A DNA stretch of 64,000 nt from positions 1,728,001-1,792,000 of the forward strand of contig OZ243927.1 in the NCBI GenBank assembly GCA_965213925.1, written 5' to 3'. The notes beneath the pieces were generated by a model. That model ran no database searches. It saw only the letters and a program-made list of their open reading frames with translations, and was not told where the DNA came from. A program made the position numbers and the translations under genes. Position 1 is the first letter of the stretch, and each line of letters opens with the position of its first letter. The stretch comes from Trueperaceae bacterium. Lineage in GTDB: Bacteria; Deinococcota; Deinococci; Deinococcales; Trueperaceae. Shown here piece after piece: positions 57,997-64,000 of the stretch.

Positions 57997-59278
57997 CCCC
58001 TCGCTGCAACGAGATACCGACCTCTTGGCGTGGCTCTTCGCGCGGCAGCGTTTCGGGATTAAGCCGGGGCTAGCGCGACCCCGCGCCCTATTACACGCCC
58101 TCGGCAACCCGCAGCGCCATTTCGACAGCGTGCTCATAGGCGGCACGAACGGCAAAGGGAGCACGGCGAGCACATTAGCAAGTATGCTGAGCGCGTCGGG
58201 AAGACGCACCGCGCTCTTCACCAGCCCGCACCTCAGCACCTTCACCGAGCGGTTCGTGGTAGACGGTGAGCAGCCAGCCATGACGGACGTGCTGAACACG
58301 CTAGCAAAGATGAAGCCCGCGGTAGAGGAGACGGGAGCGACCTTTTTTGAAGCAGTTCTAGCGCTCGCTTGTTTGCTCTTTGCGCAAGCGGACGCTGAAC
58401 TCGCGGTGATGGAGGTCGGGCTAGGCGGGCGCTTCGACGCGACGAACGTTTTAGAGCCCTCGCTCAGCGTCATCACGGGGATTTCGCTCGACCACACGCA
58501 TATTTTGGGGGGGAGCGTGCAGGAAATCGCGGTCGAGAAAGCGGGCATCATGCGCGCCGAAAACCTCTGTTTGACGGGCGCGCGGGGCGAAGCGCTGCAG
58601 GCGTTGCAGAGCGAAGCGCAGAGCAAGGGGGCGACGCTCTGGTCTTTTGAAGACGAGATGAAATTAGCGTATCGAGACCTAGGCTGGCAGGGCTTAGAGG
58701 TTAGTCTTTGGGGTCCACACGGTCAGCTCAGCGTTCACACGCCCCTACTCGGCACCCATCAGGCGAGAAACGTTGCGTTGGCGGCGGCGGCGGCGCAACG
58801 TTTGGGTGTACCTGACGAAGCGATTCGGCATGGCGCGGCGCGAACGCGGTGGGCGGGGCGGCTCGAGCCCATCCCCTACGAAGGGCGAACCTTCTTACTC
58901 GACGGCGCGCACAACGAAGAAGCCGCGCTCGCCCTCGCGCGCACACTCCGCGCGTTGGGTGTCCAGAACGTACTCCTCATCTTCGGCGTAGCGGTCGGCA
59001 AAGAGGTTCAGAAGATGAGCGCGGCGCTTTCTGAGTTGACTAGAGAGGTTATCCTGACCAAGGCGAGCCTGAGCCCGAGGGGAACGCCTCCCCACGAACT
59101 CACTTCATCATGGCAACCTTCGGTCGTGAGCGAGACGCCTCAAGAGGCGCTGGGGTTGGCTCTGGCGAAAAGCCAGCCCGGTGAGGTCATCGTGGTGGCA
59201 GGCAGCCTCTACCTCATCGGTGAGGTGAGACCGCTCCTGCTCGGCGAGGTCACCGAACCCTGGACGCGGTCTCAGTAA
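57983..59278 (+). CDS. folC: Folylpolyglutamate synthase / dihydrofolate synthase
   Basis: GTNGKGS, FTSPHL, EVGLGGRFDATN, LDGAHN, GSLYLIG. Confidence 0.95.
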   Translation: MSASNPSLQRDTDLLAWLFARQRFGIKPGLARPRALLHALGNPQRHFDSVLIGGTNGKGSTASTLASMLSASGRRTALFTSPHLSTFTERFVVDGEQPAMTDVLNTLAKMKPAVEETGATFFEAVLALACLLFAQADAELAVMEVGLGGRFDATNVLEPSLSVITGISLDHTHILGGSVQEIAVEKAGIMRAENLCLTGARGEALQALQSEAQSKGATLWSFEDEMKLAYRDLGWQGLEVSLWGPHGQLSVHTPLLGTHQARNVALAAAAAQRLGVPDEAIRHGAARTRWAGRLEPIPYEGRTFLLDGAHNEEAALALARTLRALGVQNVLLIFGVAVGKEVQKMSAALSELTREVILTKASLSPRGTPPHELTSSWQPSVVSETPQEALGLALAKSQPGEVIVVAGSLYLIGEVRPLLLGEVTEPWTRSQ

Positions 59279-59619
59279 GCGTCCCGCTTCAAGGCGTCGT
59301 AGGCTTGGGTTGCCTCTAACCTCCGCTCCTGCCCCAACCGCTCCGCCCGCAACCGCTCGACCTCATCCGCGAACACGTCCTTCTCATATTGCAGCTCGAG
59401 CCGCCGCAGATAAACCTGCTCTTTCGCCTCGAATTCACGCACCTCTTGTGCTGACGCTGCGCGTGATGAGAATTTCGCGAGGTCTTCTCGCAAGGCGACC
59501 TGGTGTGCGTTCCAGAGGGCTGAGCCGACCTCGACGTGGGTCCGGTAAAGCCGCACTAGGGTCCACGAGGCGGCGAAGAGGGACAGCACGAGAGCGCCGA
59601 AAACGAGTAAACCGATCAT
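59272..59619 (-). CDS. Hypothetical membrane-anchored coiled-coil protein
   Basis: N-terminal TM, charged helical tail. Confidence 0.55.
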   Translation of the reverse strand: MIGLLVFGALVLSLFAASWTLVRLYRTHVEVGSALWNAHQVALREDLAKFSSRAASAQEVREFEAKEQVYLRRLELQYEKDVFADEVERLRAERLGQERRLEATQAYDALKRDAY

Positions 59620-59676
59620 GCCTATTTATAGCGCACGTAGATGAAGTAGCGGTCCGACTTGGTAGGGCGAAAGGCC

Positions 59677-60733
59677 CTACACCGCTGAAAATCGGTACTC
59701 AATAATGTGGCGGTAGACCTCCCCCGGTTGCAAAATCACGCTGGGAAAATGCGGGATATTGATAGTGTTAGGATAGTGTTGGGGCTCGAGCGCCACCCCT
59801 GCGTGTTTCTCGTATACCGCGCCGCTTTTGCCCCTCAGCCTTCCCTCTAAAAAGTTACCGCTGTAAAATTGTAGTCCTGGCTGCGTCGTGTAGAGTTCCA
59901 TCACTCGTCCTGAAGCCGGGTCGTGGAGCCGCGCCGCAAAACGCAAATGACCTCTTTCACCAGCGAACGACAAAGTTCGTATCATAACCGCTGCCAGAGA
60001 TGCACTGCACATCCGGATGCTCAATATCCGCGCCTATTTTCTTCGCATTGGCGAAGTCAAACGGCGTTTCTTTAACCGTCAAAATTTCTCCCGTCGGAAC
60101 CGAAGTTTCATCCGTTGGCGTGTAGAGGTGGCTGTTCAGCGTCAACTCGTGGTCCAGGACATTTCCCGAACCCTCTCCGGCAAGGTTGAAATAGCTGTGC
60201 TGCGTGAGGTTGACGGGCGTGGATCGGTCTGTGGTGGCGCGCAGCTCGAGCCTCAAGCGGTCCGCTTTCAGGGTGTAAAGGGCGCTGACCTCGAGCCGAC
60301 CCGGATACCCCTCCTCGCCGTCCGGTGAGGTGTAGCGAAGCTCGAGCCCTTCGTCTAACACTTGAGCCTGCCAAACCCGCTTATCGAAACCTCGAGCGCC
60401 TCCGTGCAGATGATGCTTCCCTTCGTTCGCCGCGAGCGTATAGCCCTCTTCTCCAAGAGTAAACTGCGACCCAGCGATGCGGTTGGCGACGCGCCCGACG
60501 AGTGCGCCGAAGTAGGGACTGCTCTGCTTGTAAGCCTCAGACCTATACGCTTCTAGCGTCTTAAAGCCGAGCACCACGTCAGATGTCTCGCCGCGCTTAT
60601 CCGGCACGTGCAGCTCAGTCAAAACGCCGCCGTAGTTCGTTATCTTGGCGCTCAGACCATTCCCGGTACCTAGCGTAAAGAGGCTCACCGCCTCGCCGTC
60701 CACCTCGCCCCAGAATTCTCTTTCTACCCGCAT
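59677..60733 (-). pseudogene. galM: Aldose 1-epimerase, frameshifted
   Basis: GRVANRI, HLHGG, NLTQHSYFNL, GYD in one frame; TTQPGLQFYSGN and LEPQHYP in another; shift near 59965-59972. Confidence 0.85.
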
Positions 60734-60995
60734 ACCTATCACCTCTTCATGAATGTGTACTCAGCTTAGCAAGCTTCTTTACCCGCCAACAAAAACGCGC
60801 TATGCTGAGGAGTGAAGGTTACAACTCGAGCAGATTAAGAAGACCGCTCAACCCTGGGTTTGACGGCGTTAGGTGTAGCGAAATTAGCTCTAACGAACGA
60901 CTTTGAGCGACCACAGAGCGAACCGTTCGCTGGACTAGGACTGACTTCTTGTCTCTCGAGTCTCAAAACCTTGTGCAATCAGAAAAGGAGACGCA

Positions 60996-62228
60996 ATGAA
61001 ACGACTATCTATGCTACTTCTCACCCTACTCTTGGGCGCTGCCTACGCCCAAGAAGAGCTGGAAATCTTCTCCTGGTGGGCGGGCGACGAGGGTCCGGCA
61101 CTGCAAGCGCTGATCGACCAATATCAGCAGGAGTACGACAATACCGAAGTTATCAACGCCACCGTCGCGGGCGGTTCGGGCGTGAACGCGCGCGCTGTTC
61201 TTAAAACGCGCATGTTGGGCGGCGACCCGCCCGACTCGTTCCAGGTCCACGCCGGACAAGAACTCATCGGCACTTGGGTCACGGCGGAGCGCATGGAAGA
61301 CCTCACCCCGCTCTTCGAGGAGCAGGGCTGGATGGACGCCTTCCCGCAGGGCTTAATCGACCTCATCAGCACCGAGAACGGTATCTGGAGCGTGCCCGTG
61401 AACATCCACCGCTCGAACGTCATGTGGTACGTACCGAGCAACCTAGAGGAGTGGGGCGTCAGCGTGCCTTCAGGCTGGGACGAGTTCGTTAACACGACCT
61501 GTCCCGCTCTGCAGGAGCAAAACGTGACGCCTTTGGTCGTCGGCGAAAACTGGACGCAGCAGCACCTCTGGGAGTCGGTAGCGCTCGCGACGCTGGGTAC
61601 AGAGAACTACCAAAGGCTCTGGGACGGCGAACTTTCCTTCACCGACCCCGAAGTGGTGAGCGTCTGGGAGACCTTCGGGCAGATTCTGGACTGCACCAAC
61701 GAGGACGCCTCAGGTCTAAGCTGGCAGCAAGCCACTGACCGCGTCGCGAACGGCGACGCCGCCTTTAACGTGATGGGCGACTGGGCAGCGGGTTATATGA
61801 GCACAACGCTCGAACTCACTCCGAACGAAGGCTTCGGCTGGGCGGCGTCACCCGGTACGGAAGGCAACTTCATGCTCTTGTCCGACTCGTTCGGCTTGCC
61901 CGTCGGCGCGCCGCACCCCGAGAACGCTAGAGAGTGGCTGAGGCTGGTAGGTTCGCAAGCAGGGCAAGACACCTTTAACCCACTCAAAGGCTCCATCTCG
62001 CCGCGCCTAGACAGCGACTTGAGCCAGTACAACGCCTACTCGCAGTCCGCCGCTGAGGACTATCAGGAAAACACCCAGGTCGGCTCGCTCGTGCACGGCG
62101 CAGTCGCCAACGAGACCTTCATGAGTGAATTTGCCAGCGTCATGGAGAGCTTTTTAAGCTCACGCAACCCTGAAGCGGCGGCGAACGCCGCGCAAGAAAT
62201 CGCGTCGCAGACGGGAATCGGCAACTAA
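60996..62228 (+). CDS. Sugar ABC transporter substrate-binding protein (glucose/mannose-type)
   Basis: [35 protein letters not shown]. Confidence 0.92.
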   Translation: MKRLSMLLLTLLLGAAYAQEELEIFSWWAGDEGPALQALIDQYQQEYDNTEVINATVAGGSGVNARAVLKTRMLGGDPPDSFQVHAGQELIGTWVTAERMEDLTPLFEEQGWMDAFPQGLIDLISTENGIWSVPVNIHRSNVMWYVPSNLEEWGVSVPSGWDEFVNTTCPALQEQNVTPLVVGENWTQQHLWESVALATLGTENYQRLWDGELSFTDPEVVSVWETFGQILDCTNEDASGLSWQQATDRVANGDAAFNVMGDWAAGYMSTTLELTPNEGFGWAASPGTEGNFMLLSDSFGLPVGAPHPENAREWLRLVGSQAGQDTFNPLKGSISPRLDSDLSQYNAYSQSAAEDYQENTQVGSLVHGAVANETFMSEFASVMESFLSSRNPEAAANAAQEIASQTGIGN

Positions 62229-62231
62229 GAC

Positions 62232-62354
62232 GGCAATGAGTTACGAGCAATAGTAAAAAGGTTAAAGGACTGAGGACTGAGAGAAAAGTAAAGACCAAAT
62301 CTCAGTCCTCAGTCCTCAGTCCTTTTCTCTCAGCTCATTGCTCGTTGCTTCTAT
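62232..62354. repeat. Heptamer (AGGACTG)n hairpin inside family-B-like ends
   Basis: AAAGGACTGAGGACTGAGA / TCTCAGTCCTCAGTCCTCAGTCCTTT, flanked by GCAATGAG ... CTCATTGCTCGTTGCTTCTAT. Confidence 0.7.
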
Positions 62355-62399
62355 CTCGCTTACAGCTTTCAACTCGTCACTGTCAAGAGACGGATCACC

Positions 62400-63518
62400 A
62401 TGAAAAACTACCGCGACAAATTCACCGCTATCGTAATGCTCTTACCCTCGCTTATCTTGTTGGGTATCTTTGTTTACGGCTTTATCGGGCAAACCTTTTG
62501 GGTGTCGCTGTCGAACTGGGGGCAAGACCCCGCGCAGGCGTTGGCGCTCAACCCTAAGCTCGAGTTCGTCGGCTTAGCCAACTACGAGCGGCTCTTTACG
62601 GGCGCGACCAACGCGCGTTTTCGGCAGGATTTGGTCAACACTTTTTTCTTCACTATCTTCTTCTTAGCGGGCTGCTTAGGTGTGGGGCTGCTATTAGCGA
62701 TTTTACTCGAGCAAAACGTGCGCGGCGAGGGCTTTTTCCGCACGATATTCCTCTTCCCTATGTCCTTGGCGTTCATCGTCACCGGCACCATCTGGCGCTG
62801 GATGCTGCAGCCGCAAGGGGGCGTCAACGTCTTGCCGACGACGGTTGGACTGCCTAGCGGCGAATTTCGCTGGCTCGCGAGTCGTGAGCAGATTTGGCAG
62901 TTCAACTGGCAAAATCTTCATCTTTACACGGGGGCTTTGGTTGCGCTCGTCTTGCTCTGGGTGGCGTTTCGCGCTTTTCGCAGTGGTAACACTCAGCGCA
63001 CCTTGATTGCGGGTATTTCAGCGGCAGCGCTCATCGTTTGGCTACTCACCGGCGCTCGCTCCGCCAAGTTGCTCCCTTTCAGCGAGACGCACGGCTTTAA
63101 CCTCGCCTTCATCGGTATCATCATGGCGGCGGTCTGGCAGATGTCGGGCTACACGATGGCGCTCTATTTGGCAGGGCTGCGCGGCATCCCCGACGACTTG
63201 CGCGAGGCGGCGCGGGTGGACGGCGCAACTGAAGTGCAGCTCTACCGCCACGTCATCTTCCCCTTACTTGCGCCCATTACACTCTCCGCGATGATCATCT
63301 TGGGTCACATCAGCTTGAAAATCTTCGACCTCATCTTCGCGATGGCGGGCGCGGACAACGCGACGACGGACGTGCCTGCGCTTCTCATGTACTTGCGCTC
63401 TTTTAGGGCGAATCAGTTTGCGGAAGGCGCGGCGATCGCGGTTGTGCTACTCGTTATGGTGGCGGCGGTGATTATTCCCTATCTCTACACCAGCTTGCGC
63501 GGGGAGGTGAGGCGGTGA
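62400..63518 (+). CDS. Sugar ABC transporter permease
   Basis: EAA loop [14 protein letters not shown]. Confidence 0.92.
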   Translation: MKNYRDKFTAIVMLLPSLILLGIFVYGFIGQTFWVSLSNWGQDPAQALALNPKLEFVGLANYERLFTGATNARFRQDLVNTFFFTIFFLAGCLGVGLLLAILLEQNVRGEGFFRTIFLFPMSLAFIVTGTIWRWMLQPQGGVNVLPTTVGLPSGEFRWLASREQIWQFNWQNLHLYTGALVALVLLWVAFRAFRSGNTQRTLIAGISAAALIVWLLTGARSAKLLPFSETHGFNLAFIGIIMAAVWQMSGYTMALYLAGLRGIPDDLREAARVDGATEVQLYRHVIFPLLAPITLSAMIILGHISLKIFDLIFAMAGADNATTDVPALLMYLRSFRANQFAEGAAIAVVLLVMVAAVIIPYLYTSLRGEVRR

Positions 63519-64000
63519 GTACGGCGCAGAAAACGGCGACGAAACAAGAGGTGCAAACAGGTAAAGGGCGCAGCTCAGGGCGCTGGATTGTCTATCTTCT
63601 TTTAGGTATCGCTACGCTCTTCTTCTTGCTGCCTGTCTACCTCGTTATCGTCACGAGCCTTAAAGAACCCGCCGCGATCAACCTCGCCAACACTTGGAGC
63701 TTGCCCGAAGTTTGGTACTGGCAATCCTTCGCGGAAGCGTGGGAGGCGTTCGCGCCCAAGCTGCTCAACAGCCTGATTCTTACGGTTACGGCGACGTTGG
63801 GCGCAGCTTTGCTCGGCTCGATGAACGGCTACATTCTTTCCAAATGGCGCTTTCCAGGCGCGAATGTCGTCTTTCCGCTCATTCTCTTTGGCATGTTCAT
63901 CCCGTATCAGAGCGTGCTGATTCCGCTTTTCGAGTTCTTGCGCGACTTGGGGCTTTACGGTTCACTGTGGGGGCTTATCCTGACGCACATCGTTTACGGG
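63515..64000 (+). CDS. Sugar ABC transporter permease 2 (partial)
   Basis: GTGA overlap with the previous stop; [15 protein letters not shown]; runs off the window. Confidence 0.88.
   Translation, partial: MSTAQKTATKQEVQTGKGRSSGRWIVYLLLGIATLFFLLPVYLVIVTSLKEPAAINLANTWSLPEVWYWQSFAEAWEAFAPKLLNSLILTVTATLGAALLGSMNGYILSKWRFPGANVVFPLILFGMFIPYQSVLIPLFEFLRDLGLYGSLWGLILTHIVYG

Noticed and set aside
60917..60931. AGCGAACCGTTCGCT palindrome as a sugar-regulator operator
   Set aside because: Single short site, no regulator nearby and no clear consensus match.
1..64000. Numerous antisense or shifted ORFs in the track; tRNA or rRNA genes
   Set aside because: The ORFs are GC-rich shadows of well-supported genes; no tRNA or rRNA signature was recognised.

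Overview
GC-rich bacterial chromosome segment. The gene set, protein style and leaderless-type starts suggest phylum Deinococcota, possibly Truepera-like (inference). Most of it is housekeeping or metabolic: rnr, secDF, lycopene cyclase, argB, nfi, pheA, M32 and M16 peptidases, rpiA, acpS, sufU, hemH, trpS, pyrE, folC, galM (frameshifted) and a sugar ABC transporter. The left end is accessory: a partial type III restriction Res subunit and a BTAD-NB-ARC-TPR (STAND) regulator between two lipoprotein serine proteases. Main observations: (1) a 101-aa signal-peptide ORF just upstream of secDF ending in FGKLRLEGG-stop, a candidate new SecM/VemP-like translation-arrest monitor; (2) a modular MITE family with 11 copies, ~16-bp TIRs, frequent 5-bp CTNAN target duplications, and an inner inverted REP-like doublet with exchangeable loop modules, one copy sitting between that ORF and the secDF ribosome-binding site; (3) a ferrochelatase closely resembling animal mitochondrial FECH, including the four [2Fe-2S] cysteines; (4) two toxin-antitoxin relics not in the ORF track; (5) further repeat families and an apparent excess of CTCGAG. 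No rRNA, tRNA, CRISPR array or transposase was recognised. All family calls come from motif recognition, not database searches.
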